A stretch of DNA of 56,602 bases, filler included, from Jimgerdemannia flammicorona (taxonomy: Eukaryota): the NCBI GenBank assembly GCA_003990765.1. It is 3 parts of 3 records of this genome, joined end to end, with 100 filler letters (N's around TTAATTAATTAA, not from the genome) between each part and the next. Parts side by side here need not be neighbours in the genome. Positions count along the whole stretch, not along the records: positions 1 to 18,802 come from RBNJ01002110.1; 2 more parts are not named here. One strand, given 5' to 3'. Made by a program: the position numbers and the translations under genes. This document shows positions 1-12,800 of this stretch, piece by piece. Numbering within the stretch: the stretch's first letter is position 1; each line of letters begins with the position of its first letter. The notes beneath the pieces were generated by a model, which made no database searches, was not told the DNA's origin, and saw only the letters and a program-made list of their open reading frames with translations.

Positions 1-1676
1 TTTTTTTCCGGTTTTCTTCGCTCTCATATTTCGGCTTTATTTTTTTCTGCTTGTGATTTTCATTCTCGCGTTCAGACTTCTCATCTTTCAAGGAAGAAAA
101 TGCGCCACGGGGCCTAGTAAGTTCTTCCGTAGGGAACGAAAAAGATGTGGGAAACGTTCGGAGGTATAAAACTTCCTAATGGAATCCAAAACGAGAGGAT
201 ACTTGCTTAATGCGTTGTTTTTTTTGGATCCAATCGTGTGCGCTCGAACATTAGGATGGCTTCGTTTTTTGCTTGGGCCATGAGGTGTGGAAAGTTTGCA
301 AGCGGCCAGGCATTGCAAACGTGGTGTAAGCTCCCCCATACATATGACTTTCCTTAAAATGTGTCAGATGAATAAAATCCATAAAATTCACCGAGTTCAT
401 GCGCTAACTTGGCTCGTGACAGTGCGTATAGCTTCAAGATAAAAAAAAAAAAGTGCATCCACGCATTCTTCCTAATTTGCATGAAGGTTATTTATCGATT
501 ATACTCAACCACAACCACGATACGTCAGGTTTTCTACCCTTCATCTTCACTTCTCATTATTGTATTTTTTTGACATCAGTTGGCGGCCCTGATGTTAGCT
601 TTGCCCCCTTCTTGTCGGCTTTAAAGGGCATTTCACAAGATGTTGATTTCTAACAAGGTTCTTCAGTTGTTATCATTGGAACTTACTGGCTTGATATTTG
701 CGAACAACCTCCCTTCGGGATACTTGGCGCCTCGGGTCAGGGCAAGCACTTCCGAGTTCACATTAAAGTCAACTTATTTAAAGCTCAAGATCAATCTGGT
801 TGAAGGGCGGGGAGGGGGGCATAGCATTGGTTTTGATGACATCCAGATCATGGTCTTGTTGGTCGACCAAAGGAAATCAAATATCTCAACGTTTCAAATC
901 ACTCTCCCTATTTTGAGTAAGATCCACCTTCTCCGTCTTGTTTGGACCTCCACATATCTCATGGTCGCCGATGTTGATGATATATATCTTGGAACTCGCC
1001 ATGTTTCGGCTACGCATACAGCAACCGTCAAACTCATGGTTCATTCCAACGATTTCTGTTTCTTGTACTTCTACATTTATTTATTTATTTTGCTTCCCTT
1101 CGTCTTTTGCATATTTTGCAGAATAAATAATAACCAGCGCAAGGAAAGGGAATGTCAAGGTGCTTGATAATTAAAGGGGATAAAGTATAAGTTTGTAACG
1201 CCTAAGGTATATACTAGAAAATATGTGCATTTGAAGGATCGAATGCAACACCCTCAAAAGGAGGAGCTAAATGGAGGTCAGGTCGGTGGAGGGGAGGAAT
1301 ATGCTGGAGGCAGGTGGAGGTGAGGAGTATGCTGAAGGCAGGTGGAAGGGTCAGAGTCAAGCGTCCGGGATCTCTGGCGTCAGGAAGTGCCATATGCTTG
1401 GCTTTACATAGTTTCACTCTCTTTAGATGCTGATCCTCGCATCCGATCCGATCTTGACTTGCTGCCTCATTTTGACACTATTCTTGACAACAAAGCAGAC
1501 ACAACTCCACCATATAAATCCTATCCCTTTCCCTCACCGACCGACACTCCACTTTCATCGCTTCGTTTGTAATAAGTAAGATTCAACTCTCACATCACAG
1601 TTCATCCACAATTTTTTTTAATTTTAATTTTTTTTTTAAAAAAAAAAAAAATCTCTCCCCCTTTTTCCTCCTGGCC

Positions 1677-2372
1677 ATGTCGCGCAACTCCGGATCTGGA
1701 GTTCCATCGCAGTCTTCAGATCCAGAGATTACCCCACTGCTCCTTTGTGCGCCGTGGACGCCTCCGGCATGGCTGATAAGCACCTCAGATCCTACGGGTT
1801 CATCCAATCGGGCGAACAATGCTGGCTACGGGGGCAACATGCCCTCTGTGCGCCCTGTACACTTCGCGCGTTCCATGCATCTGCCATCTTTCCCCACGAG
1901 TCGTGCAGGCCCTGTTGCTGTTCCAACCGGCCCTGGTCAGACGAACGCGGTCATATCTCTAGGCTTCACTGGAAACATCACCCCGGTGGGTCCTGGTCCG
2001 ACCAACCAAATGGTCTACGTTCAACAAACCACGGCGAATCCGACGAATTACCCTATGCATTCTTTTCTATCTGCCGGCTATGCAGGGCATGCCACTCGGG
2101 CAGGCTTAACTAATCCAGGACCGTTCGCGGGCAACACCAACTACGAGAGCTATCCTCCATCGGGTCACACTGTCTACAGTGTCACTGCAGCAGGCTCGGT
2201 AAGCTATCCTCTGAGCCACGCGGATCACGCTGGTCAGCCGAGGAATGTGGCAGGTTCCATAGCCTGCGCCGGTGTCGTTCCTGTGATGCCTCAACTGAAC
2301 CACGCGGGTCACGCGAACAAAGCTGGCCCGTCTGGTGACGCAAGCAAGTGGCCTGAGCCCAGAGCGGGTTGA
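1677..2372 (+). CDS. Hypothetical Pro/Gly/Ala-rich protein, 231 aa, single exon
   Basis: ATG-initiated ORF in CpG-intact DNA. TATA-like CATATAAAT near 1511 and AT-rich 3' flank. Loose repeats NAGYGG/YAGHA/HADHAG/HAGHA. No recognisable domain. Confidence 0.45.
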   Translation: MSRNSGSGVPSQSSDPEITPLLLCAPWTPPAWLISTSDPTGSSNRANNAGYGGNMPSVRPVHFARSMHLPSFPTSRAGPVAVPTGPGQTNAVISLGFTGNITPVGPGPTNQMVYVQQTTANPTNYPMHSFLSAGYAGHATRAGLTNPGPFAGNTNYESYPPSGHTVYSVTAAGSVSYPLSHADHAGQPRNVAGSIACAGVVPVMPQLNHAGHANKAGPSGDASKWPEPRAG

Positions 2373-2619
2373 ACGTAATTAGGAGGGGAAATGAGGGGTT
2401 GTGATGGAATTTCGTCCATCTCGTATAATGTGGTTCTTGTCTCTCCTTTCATTCCGTATAATGTCTCTCTTCCATTTTGTACATTCAAAAACTGCATAAT
2501 AGAATACCTTTGTTTTATGTCTTAGTGTCATGTTTACCCCTTCGTTAGTTGCAACAATTCACATAGCGTATATATTAGCATTAGCACATTATTCAAGGTT
2601 TTTTTTTGTAATCAGTATC

Positions 2620-2622
<3 letters not shown>

Positions 2623-2667
<45 letters not shown>
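2623..2667. repeat. poly(T) homopolymer, 45 nt
   Basis: Read directly from the sequence. Confidence 0.95.
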
Positions 2668-2815
2668 CATTGAAGTTTGACCGCTGGGATATTGCGCCCC
2701 TTAAAAATAGGAACGTTGCCATCTTAATTAAGTATTGTCATCAACAATATGTTGTTCTGGACACTAGATATCACTTGTGTATCCACAGCACCCTTACAGT
2801 GGAAAACGTCACCCT

Positions 2816-2828
2816 CCCCCCCCCCCCC

Positions 2829-2868
<40 letters not shown>
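2816..2868. repeat. poly(C)15 followed by poly(T)36
   Basis: Read directly from the sequence. Confidence 0.95.
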
Positions 2869-2869
<1 letters not shown>

Positions 2870-3729
2870 GTGCAAGGTTTCCAAAGCCCGAAACTGAGCG
2901 GACTCATTCTTCTGCGACTACCGCGGTCTCCTCCTCGTCGAACACACAGTGAGCGGTTTTTTGATTGTGGATATGAATCTCGGGGGGGAAGGGGGGGAGG
3001 TTCTGGCAAACCTTTGACGAGAAGCGATTACGAAACGCGGTGCCGGCGATGTGTAAAGGTGGGCCTAATTGTGAAAGATATATATGGGAGAAGGGGATAA
3101 TTCGTGCTTGGTCAAAGCAAACAAACAACAAACAAAAATAAATGAAAAGTTAAAGACCCTGATAAATTAGGATAGAAAAAAAAAAAAAGGGTCAATCAAT
3201 CAAGATATATTATTGTGTATAATTGATTCTATCCAAAATGAGCAAATTGACTTTCGAAATGGGAACACCGCATTCATTGTACCTCTTGTACCCCGCCCCA
3301 CCAAATCTTCTACCTCGATCTAACACTCCATCACCCTTCGAAGATCTTATCCACTCCCCTAATGTCTACTATTCTCGAGATTGACGGCGCGGCCCGAGTT
3401 TGATCTCGAGGTAAGTATTGCCTGGGAAGAGAAGCATTGGGACGTGACACGATGCCGAAAGTATGTGGGATATCATAACATGTGATACAACAATTCCTAC
3501 TTGTCGGTATTATTGTATCAAACGTCTCAAATACATTTCATGACCATTACTGTTACTACATCACGATGTACATTAATGGACGATATTAGTGCATTGGAAT
3601 TTACAATTTTCAGTTGTGAAGCGGCAGACAAGAAGAATGAACTTGTTTAGCCTACGAATCACATGCGCCAATCGTCTGATTCTATATATACTCCCCCCAC
3701 TAAATCTGTTCCACTCCTCCCTAACTGCA

Positions 3730-4293
3730 TCATGATACTTCCCCCGCCGCCTGCACCCTAAAGAACAGCTGGAAGCTAACGTCGGCCTCCCTAGTCCTCA
3801 GTCTCGGGGCGACCCTCATCACGCCAGCGAACACTTGGTCCATTAGCGCTTGATCGACGTTCACTTTGGTCTGCACGCCCTCCTCGGTGGTGGCGGTGGT
3901 GTTGAGCGCGACCTGCGGGGCGGTGAAAGGGGTGAGGATGAACTGGCATAGCAGGTCGAAATCGCAGACCACAAGCGGATGCCGCGCCAGAAGATCCACC
4001 ACCATGTCCTCCACGCAGTACATGTACTCTGTCAGCATGCTCATCGGAATGTTGAACGCGACCTCCTCCACCGGAGAGAGAAACCGCGATTCCACCATCG
4101 CCACTGGCTGGAAGGCCGAGGGCCGTCTTGGCGCTCCGTAGGAAGCGTCGTCGTAGTCGTAGTCGTCTTGTGAGGAGGAAAGGTAGAGGGGGGCTGGGGG
4201 GAGTGATGTGTCCTTGGCTTTTCCTTTGCCATTGTCCTTTTTGGACCGAGGCGAGAAGGCTCGTCGCACTCTTTGGAGACGTGATCTGAACAT
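3730..4293 (-). CDS. Hypothetical protein, 187 aa, single exon
   Basis: ATG..TGA ORF with GC-rich third positions like the neighbouring genes. Basic/disordered N-terminus followed by a globular-looking segment (VAFNIPMSML...FQLFFRV). Confidence 0.7.
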   Translation of the reverse strand: MFRSRLQRVRRAFSPRSKKDNGKGKAKDTSLPPAPLYLSSSQDDYDYDDASYGAPRRPSAFQPVAMVESRFLSPVEEVAFNIPMSMLTEYMYCVEDMVVDLLARHPLVVCDFDLLCQFILTPFTAPQVALNTTATTEEGVQTKVNVDQALMDQVFAGVMRVAPRLRTREADVSFQLFFRVQAAGEVS

Positions 4294-5253
4294 GATGTGT
4301 GGCGGTGGTGAAGGGAGGGGGGGTGGGTTGGAAGGTGCGACAGAAAATGGAGAAACGTGATTCCAAAAGGAGCGAATTTAAGAACGTCTGCCCAGGTGGT
4401 TGGAGGCCCGTGACTACATCATATGTCAACCCTTATTGTAATAGAACGACAGCTTATTTTTGGATAAGTACTCAGCCACTCAGTTTAGCCAAGAGTGCTG
4501 CGGGGCTGCGGTTGAAATTTCCCTTCCAGTGCTACAGAAGCTTCTCACTGGACCCTGGACTGGGACATTATTCAATAAATTCATTTGATCCCACACAATA
4601 TTCTTCCCCATTATGCCCTCTCTATCAAAGGAGCGGAACATCATGAGGTGTCAAATAATTATGTCACATATAAGCTTGCTGACGCACAGACGATGTGTCA
4701 CTTAGAGAGCAGTAATAGATAAATCCATGCTGCGGATGGGCTGCGCGTCATATTACAAAGTGGAAAGGCTATGATGGGCTCAGACGAAGAGGTGGCTCAG
4801 AGTATGCCGCAAAGTCGATTCGATAGTGCGACAGATTTAACAGATTGAACGTTGGGCTCGGGTTTCTCGGTGTCAATTGCGCTCAGTTGACAGTAGTGCC
4901 CTTTTTTTTTTTTTTTGACAATGGGCGCTGCAAAACCATGTTGATGCGTTCGTTGCTTCAAATTTTAGTACAATCACAGTCAGGCATGCAGGAAGGAAAG
5001 ACATTGGCTGATTTTGGGTGAAGCGATAAACGGAACACTGATCGGATCATAGAGGATTTATTTTCTTGAAAATCAATATAACAGACTAGAGAGCGTATAA
5101 CCTAAGTATGATGATACTCCTGCTTAAAACGCAATTAACCGCCAAAGCTGTATAACGAGACGGACGATAATTACTTTTCACCTTTTGCTGGTCTCCTTTC
5201 TCTTCAAATATTGGACAATCAAATAAATTTACACCGCATCCACCCGCCCACTC

Positions 5254-5839
5254 TCACCCATCCACTCCCACCGCAGCCTTCAATGCCCTCTCATAAACCG
5301 GTACAACCCCCTCCTCGCCCACGACCTTCCTAACGCCCACGGCGTCGGCCCTATCCCTCCCATCGCGCAAGACGTTCGCGACGCGCACGCGGTCGGTCAT
5401 GCTGAGCCCGTCGGTGGCCCTCTGAAAAAGCTCGGTCCAGACCTCGTCAACGCGCGTGAGGTACGACTCCAGCTCCGCGGCCGTCGCGGGAAGGACGGAG
5501 AGGTGGTCGTGGAAGTCACCAGTCACGCGGAGGAGGTATTGGGTCGCAAGCGATACCGAGGGGAGCGTTAGAATCTCGCTGATGATCGGAGAGAGGTCCG
5601 TCCACGAGGTCGCGAGCGATTGGTAACCTGTTGTGTCGGTTCTGGGTACGAGGGGGCGCGAGAGATAGGATGAGGAAGGGGCTGCTTGACAGTAATAAAA
5701 GATTGCATACGTACCTGCTGCGGAAGTTGCGAGTGACCATCAGGATGGCATTGTCGAGGTGGTTTATTTCGGTTTCCTCGTTGGCGAGCTTCCCACGTGG
5801 TTTCAGGCGACGCTGTTCTGTGTGAATATTGTTGTGCAT
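5254..5839 (-). CDS. TFB6: Tfb6-like (TFIIH-associated) protein, ~170 aa, 2 exons (5839-5715, 5641-5254)
   Basis: The GTACGT..CCCAG intron (5714-5642) joins in frame: ...HLDNAILMVTRNFRSR-TDTTGYQSLATSWTDL...ATQYLLRVTGDFHDHL...LSMTDRVRVANVL. The LD..L.v.R, GY.s...DL, QYLL and SMT(D/E)(R/K)VR motifs match my recollection of the fungal Tfb6 family. Needs an HMM check. Confidence 0.6.
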
Positions 5840-6231
5840 GGAGTTTGTGGTGGAAAGGTGGGTTGAAATTGTAGTAAAGCCTGTCTCGACCACGTGTCTG
5901 CGAAAGCCACTCGAGCCTCACTACCTAATTATATTGCAGGATGAATGAACAATATTTTTTTGTAAAACAGCAACTGGTCGTTCGGCCGTTACCCCCTGGC
6001 ATCCGTTCACATTTTCACAGATATATTGCCAGAAAACCATTCCTCAAGAGAACCTCTACCCGTAAAAATCGACGGCGAGCGTGCGCATTAATGTCTTCAG
6101 GCGCTAAGGCCCAGTCGTCTAGAATATCTAAGTAATAGCACTATCCCGCTAATCGCATGCCACGTCTCCTATATCTATCACTCATCACACCCACAAAAAA
6201 TCCCCCCCCCCACTGGCTTCTCCACGCACGT

Positions 6232-8130
6232 CTACATCAGTCCATGCCTCTTGGCCATGGCAAACGCAACGATCCCCCACAAGACCATCGAAGCTACAAT
6301 CCAAAAGAACCAAACCAGATCATTCTGGTCGCGCCCGGGAACCTTAACGTTCATGCCGCCCAGGCCCGCAACAAGGGTCATGGGCGCGACGATGGTGGCA
6401 AACACGGACAACCGGCCGATGGCGTTGTTGGTTACCGCCGAAGTCTGCGTCAGCTCCACCGAGACTTGTGCAAGGTAGCTCGAGTGCGACCGCGCCAGAA
6501 TCTTGTCATACCCATTTAGGTTCTGCACCATCGTGATGATATGATCTGGTAAGGTGAATTCGCGGGCGGTTGGATGAGTTGATGAGAATGTGCGTGTAGT
6601 TCGTAATCACCAAGCGATGTAGAAAAGAAGAAAGAAAGAAATGCACCTTGAATATCCCCCAAATACAACGCTATATTATGATGCATCCCTTTATTGATCA
6701 TCGCTCCTACCCCACCTCCCGCCATCCCACCCGCCACCTCAGCCGCAGTTTCCTTAACTCTATCCTCAAACCTCTTCATGAGCCCTCTAACGACATCGGC
6801 TTTTGTGCTAAGCAATCTCAGCAGTAGCATGACTTTCTTCCTGCAGTGACCGATCCGCCTAAGCATGTCCGACTGTTCGGATTCCTTGAGCAGTAGGACG
6901 AGGTCGTCGATGGAATCGGCTTCGAGCTCAATCTGCTGGATGTGTGGCGCGAACGAATCCGTGATGTCGTCGATCACCGCATAGTTGATCCAGTCCGGCG
7001 TTACCGTGATGAAGTCCTTGAGCTGTTGCAGCCGCTTGCGCACCTTGTGCGGATGTGGAGCCCGCTTAAAGTGGAACTAGAGAAGGTTTTTTGGGTGAGT
7101 GGGTAGGTGTGAGTTGAGGGTGCGGATTGGAAAAAAGCTGTACCCACGGTTAGGATGCCGTTTTTTAGCACGATGTTATAGAAGCTCAAGGGTCTCATGT
7201 ACTCGGAACTCTCTTGATCTTGGTCGAACGACCGGAAGCACACGAACATGTAGCTCCCAAAAATCTCGCACTTCTCACGCGTCTCCTGCATCTGGATATC
7301 TTCCGCTGTCAATGGATGGATGCGGAAGACCTATAGGTGGAGATGCATTTTGAGCGTATTTTCAAACGTGTTCTTCAATACAATAGCATACTATAATAAC
7401 CCAAACCCTTACTAAAACTTCGTCAATGACGTTTTGACAGACCGCAGCACAAACCTTGCTCATCATCCTCATCTCAGCGTCCGTGGGAGCCAGCACGTCT
7501 ATCCAGTATACGCCTTCCCGGAGCAAATCCGACAATGGCCGCCCTTCAAACGTGATTTCGTTTAACGTTCGCGCGCGAATGGTCCCTGTAGCGACGCTGT
7601 AAAATGTGAAGCGCTCGGTTGTTTCATCTATAAGGCTCTGAGTTTTTTGTGGGATGTAATCAAGGCGGTATAATGAGTATTAAGGTTCAGATATGCAATG
7701 CCATTTTTCCAATATAACAAGGACACGAAAGACCTACCTTTGTGTAATCTCCATAGAAACTCTGTTTTCTCCGCACGGCGACGGTCTTCTCCGGGTCCCC
7801 TACCTGTTCTGCATCCGAGTCATCCGAGTCTGCGTACCCAAACTCCCTCTCGGCGTACTTGTTGAGCACATCAAAGTTCACGTCCCCTTCCCTCTGGTTA
7901 CCGGTCTCGTCGGCGTGGATAAGCGGAAAACAGACGTCCTCTTTGGCCTTGGACCCACGCCGCAGCTCTAAGTTGGGGATTGTCTCATCTACATCGTCGA
8001 GGGGATGAGGCGAACTGCAGAACTCTGGGTCAGGGCTGTTGTCGCGGGTGATCTGGATGGTTAGGCCCTGGTAACGAGCGGTACGTGAGGAGGAGGAGCG
8101 GTTTGGTTGTCTTCTTGTATTTGTCGACAT
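6232..8130 (-). CDS. ALR1: CorA-family (Alr1/Mnr2-type) Mg2+ transporter, ~500 aa, 5 exons (8130-7738, 7637-7455, 7330-7148, 7076-6647, 6545-6232)
   Basis: All introns are GT-AG and in frame (1503 nt total). Motifs YWIDVLAPT, FRIHPLTAEDI, YAVIDDITDSF, LYLGDIQDHIITM, and GGMNVKVPG (GMN signature) between two C-terminal TM helices. ALR1 versus MNR2 orthology is not resolved. Confidence 0.93.
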
Positions 8131-8295
8131 TTCAGGGTGACCAAGGAACTGTCAGGCAACAGGCTTGTCCGATATTAAAAAGAAAGACTGGAAGCACGTG
8201 ACCACAACCAACCGTCACAATGCTTTTTTGGGTGTCGTCTATAGCGGCAACCGTCACAAAGCCAGTAATTCGGTAGCATGTGGCTAGAGTTATAC

Positions 8296-9390
8296 GATAT
8301 ACAATTCTAACCAGAGGGTGGGGTCCTCTGCCCCCTTTCTCTGCTACCTTACTGGTCACAAGGTTTGGTAGGCAACCTTCCAAGTCCCCTTTCTCCTATT
8401 GTTACCCCCTCTACCTCAGGTTGGTTTACTGTGTCTACATAGACATAGTGGGAGGAGGGCAATGGTGATGAGTTGCTTCTTTATCAGTGTTGGATTGGTG
8501 TCTTTTCTACTTTTTCACAGATTCTGGTACCTTCAGCTATATCTAGAGTATACCTATTTTAGTATAGCACCTTCTTCCTTTTACTATCATCAACAAGGTG
8601 TTGTCTTAGTATATTATGAGTTATATAAGGAGTCAGCCAACCTTGGGCATTAAGTGTCCAGTATAGGTTATCTGCAGGTCCTCAGTATTTGTGGTGGGGC
8701 TCTCTGGCTTTGGTGAGCTTCTCAGTGAGCACAGTTCTGGCATAGGTGACTGTTTTTCAGATGTTATCAAGATGGAAGGAGAGATGGCTGTTACAGATAG
8801 GAGGAAGGGTAATTATAGTGAACCAATAGGGTACTAGGCTAGGAGTAGTCATTGGGGCTAGAGTGAGTGCTACTTCAGTAGGGTCTTTTGATTGATGTAG
8901 AGTAGTTAGGTGGTAGGTATTACTCTTGGCTTCTTTTGGCAATTCAGCAGATTGGGCCCCAGTCATTAGAGAGAGTTGGGGGATCTAAGGCTACTTATTT
9001 CAGATATCTTGGCTACACTCAACTAAAACTGGGAGCTGATATAGTAATGTGATTGAGGCTTACAGGCTTGAGTAGTAGAGTATTGAGGGTCTTCTTCCAT
9101 CTCATATGTAAGTCCTCTACTTATCTCATCTAGGAGAACCAGGTCCTACCTATTGTAATATACTTTAATGAGAGTTTTTTTTTTATCTGTCATTTTCTTT
9201 AGAGTGGTAGAAGCTATTCTATTTAGCTTGAGTATGGTCTTATATATATATTGGGGTCTTGGGTATATGCTTTTGGTCATTGGCATATGGCTGAGTTTCC
9301 CCTAGTAGTAGGGAGAGTATGGTGTATAGAATGAGGTGTGGGTCAATATAGGCCCTACTGTATCTGGCATGGTCAAGCTGCTGGACAATA
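8296..9390. mobile_element. Unclassified hypermutated repeat fragment
   Basis: CpG disappears abruptly, TAG/CTA become abundant, and minus-strand coding-like stretches are broken by stops. Family not recognisable. Confidence 0.4.
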
Positions 9391-9524
9391 GCTAGTCTAG
9401 ATTAATGGGGGGGCAGTGCTTGATGGGTGGTGGAGGAGAGTTTTGGCCTATATAGTCTAGGTTCTTTTCTAATAAAAATCCACAGGACTCTGAGTTCATA
9501 AAACAAAAAAAAAAAAAAAAAAAA

Positions 9525-9585
<61 letters not shown>
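9391..9585 (+). mobile_element. LINE-type 3' end (G-rich tail, AATAAA, hairpin, ~85-nt poly(A))
   Basis: AATAAA 9471-9476, GGACTCTGAGTTC 9485-9497, then poly(A) to 9585. Same layout as the other LINE 3' ends. The 5' limit is approximate. Confidence 0.55.
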
Positions 9586-9588
<3 letters not shown>

Positions 9589-9879
9589 GGATCCTCATTT
9601 TATGTCTCATAAACCATTTTCACATAATGGAGTCAGAACATATGTACCAATGCCTTTTTAGCATCAGTGAGGCCTTTGATATTTATCAAGCTCTATTTGA
9701 ATAGTATTAGCCAACTATCTCTAATGTCTGGGCTCATTATAATTAAGGCTTTCTCATCAATAATAATGTTTGGAAAGTTTATATTTATTAGCTGGAGAAA
9801 TATAAGAAGTCAAGTACATGTACTGATGGTGTTACATTTGAGAAATATCAGAAAACTAGCATTTATGAATCTGTTCAAT

Positions 9880-12800
9880 AGTTTAATATTATAATATACT
9901 ATAGAATTCTCCACTATACTACTCAGAACTTGGGGGGAATCTATCTTATCACTTACTTATCTTATTGCTAAATACCATTTTAGTCTCACTTCTCTCCAAT
10001 CCCCACCTCTGCCATATCTTAGGCCACAGATCTCTCCTATATTTCCAAAGACACTCCATGCTATCTTCTAAGTAGAAGTTATTTACTAATATCTTACTTA
10101 ACAGAAGACAATCTCATCTCTATATCTGGGGTCCCCATTCCTCCTCTCTCTTATCACCTCTCTAATAGAGATCAATATGATATATCCCATCAACCACTCT
10201 CTATCAGAATCCTCTGTAATGTATCCTATGACTCTTCTCTAAAGCCACCAGAGATAGAAGATCACCAGTCATACTATAGAGAGAGAACCAGGCCTTCCAT
10301 ACTCTCTATATACTCTCTGTCCCTCAACTCACTTGCTTGCTTCAGCCACTATACTCTCAAGCAGTGAAGATACTTAGGAAAATTCACCAGATCTAGGCTA
10401 CTCTGGTCTACTAGCTAGGTCATATCTCTCAACCAATCTAACTTTATTATTCTGCCTATATCCAGGTCCTGGCCATCTTCAATAATTACTTGACCATCTA
10501 TGCTAGAAAGTTCAAGTAGTACTCCAGATATTATAGTTTAGGTAACTAGTATATATTCAATACTGTCACCCTTTCTGCCAGAGATATATATTGACTCTCT
10601 TATCCCAAGAGAGTACTTTTCTACTCTACTAACTGCTGCTCTCACCATCCATATAGTAGTAAGGAGTCATATATTAAAAAGTAAATTCCCAGATAGCAAA
10701 CTATCTCTTTTATAGAGATAATTATTCCAATTACATTTCCACCTACTATCTCTCCTCCTAACACTAAGATCTCATACTTATACTAGTTGAGCTTAGTACC
10801 TGAGCATCTCTCATATTACTCAACTACTCCCTTTAGTGCTATAACATCCTCAGCTGACCCCAGCCTAATTACTATATTATCAGTGAAGGCCCCTATCTTT
10901 CAATTAACCCCCAGAATGTCCAACTCTCTCATATTTTACCATATCATATTCAAAAGAGATACCAGGGACAATATATATAGAATTAATAATAGTGGATCCC
11001 TCTGTAGTACTTCTTTGCCCAAAGAGAACAAAACTCCTCTATATACATTTATTATAATTACTACCTGACTCTCTTCCAGTAGACTGACCAAGGCCTGCTG
11101 GACCCCAGAGAGAACTTCAATACACTTTAGCACCCCTTCCAACTATACTCACCAGACTCTGTCATAGGCCTTCTCTTGGTCCAAGAAAACTAGCTGACCA
11201 TTTACTCCAGCAGTATAAGCTTTCTTGATAATACTATACACCCAGATAGTCTCATCTCTAATCAGATATCTCTCTATGAAGCCTCTCTGCTCAGCCTCTA
11301 AAATCTATTGTACTACTCCTTGCAGCCTAGCTATCAATACTTTTATAACCAGTTTGTGATCTATATCCAGAAGTATAATTGGTCTCTAGTTCTTTTACTT
11401 CTCTCTTCTCTTTTTATTCTTAAACAACAGAGTCATACATAAAACTCAAGCTCTACCCTCCAATCCATGCCCCTGAGCCAATTACTTCATTATACATTGC
11501 TGATATTTTCTCCAGGATCAACTTGACTCTTGCTATCTTCTTCTAAAAATCCCACTATAAGCCATCCTTCTTTAGTATAGTCCTAGAGCTCATTATCATC
11601 AAAATCCACCAAATCTTATTTCCTAAGATAGTAGCACCAAGGTCATCTAAGTCTACTGCTGGATCAGAGTGCTGTTCCTCCAAGTGCCTATCAATGTCTA
11701 GCACCCCCACCTCTCTATCCTCCTTGCTCCACAAATGTCTCCACCATCTGCTCAACTGGTTAAAAATCACTAGTATCCCAACAATCAACTTCCCAGCCTC
11801 ATCTAAAACTCCCTTCCACTGCTGCCACACTCTCCTTATCTGTAGAGACTATGATAAAAACTTAATAGGTCTTTTTTCCTCCTCTAGTCTCTGTTACTAC
11901 AGCTGGACCACCATGCCCTTAATCTGTAGGTTCTTCTTTTATCTCAGTAAACTCTTCAGCTCTTCCACCTCTAGCCTAATCTGCTGTATATGCCAATTCT
12001 CTTTCTCACTATCATTTAACAGATCTGCCCAAGTCACCAATAACCTCATCAACCTCTGAGAGACTCACCTCACTTGCTTCTTCCTCTGAGTACCCCACAT
12101 TCTTCCTGTCTTCCTCTAGTACTATTGTGTCTCAGATTTCAATTATATCTAGCAATCTCTAATCTCCAGCCCCTCTGCTTACCAATTAAGAATCCTAGAG
12201 CTAATATCTATTATCTATGTCTCTTATAGAGAGGTCTCTCCTAGCAAGAGATATTCAGTTACTAATATCCAGACCTCTCTCCACTTTCTTCAAAATATCT
12301 CTCTCCTAGAAGACCCTAGTAATCTGACCACAGATACCAAATAGTTTCTAAAGTCCTCTAGATATTAACTCTCCAGCAATCAGTAGTCAACATCCAGTCA
12401 ATCCTCAAGTCTGCCCTACCACTCAGTGGGTAAAGACTCTATGATCTCCTCAGTCAAGCCTCCTGATACATATCTACTAAAGAGCTTAAGTATTTGACTT
12501 TCTCCCAGACTTCTATACCACTACTCCTACCTACTATCTCTCTTTCTTTATCTATTCTGTCTATCTTTCTATTATGTATTATATTAAAGTCCCCTCCTAG
12601 ATAATCAATCTCTATCTCCACCAATGCTCTAGATTCTTATAGTTCTTGAATACATTCTACTCTCTCCCTCCTTTCTACTGGATAATAATATAACTCAACT
12701 ATCAAAGGCCTCCAGCCTGGCCTCTTTCAAACTCCCTACACTACCCTACTCCCCTAGTGTCCAATGTCTCCAATATCCTTCTTGCTCTTCCTAACCAGAA

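Noticed and set aside
88..1167. ORFs 640-1167(+) and 88-339(-), and a minus-strand KGRKPDV motif near 520-545
   Set aside because: No coherent gene model or splice pattern. It may be a decayed gene fragment, but the evidence is too thin to call.
2670..3131. ORFs with poly-Phe/Pro/Lys tracts (also 9392-9610 and 45696-46076)
   Set aside because: They are translations of homopolymer runs or LINE tails.
3374..3410. Inverted repeat CTCGAGAT...ATCTCGAG
   Set aside because: An 8-bp stem built on a palindromic hexamer, expected by chance, with no supporting context.
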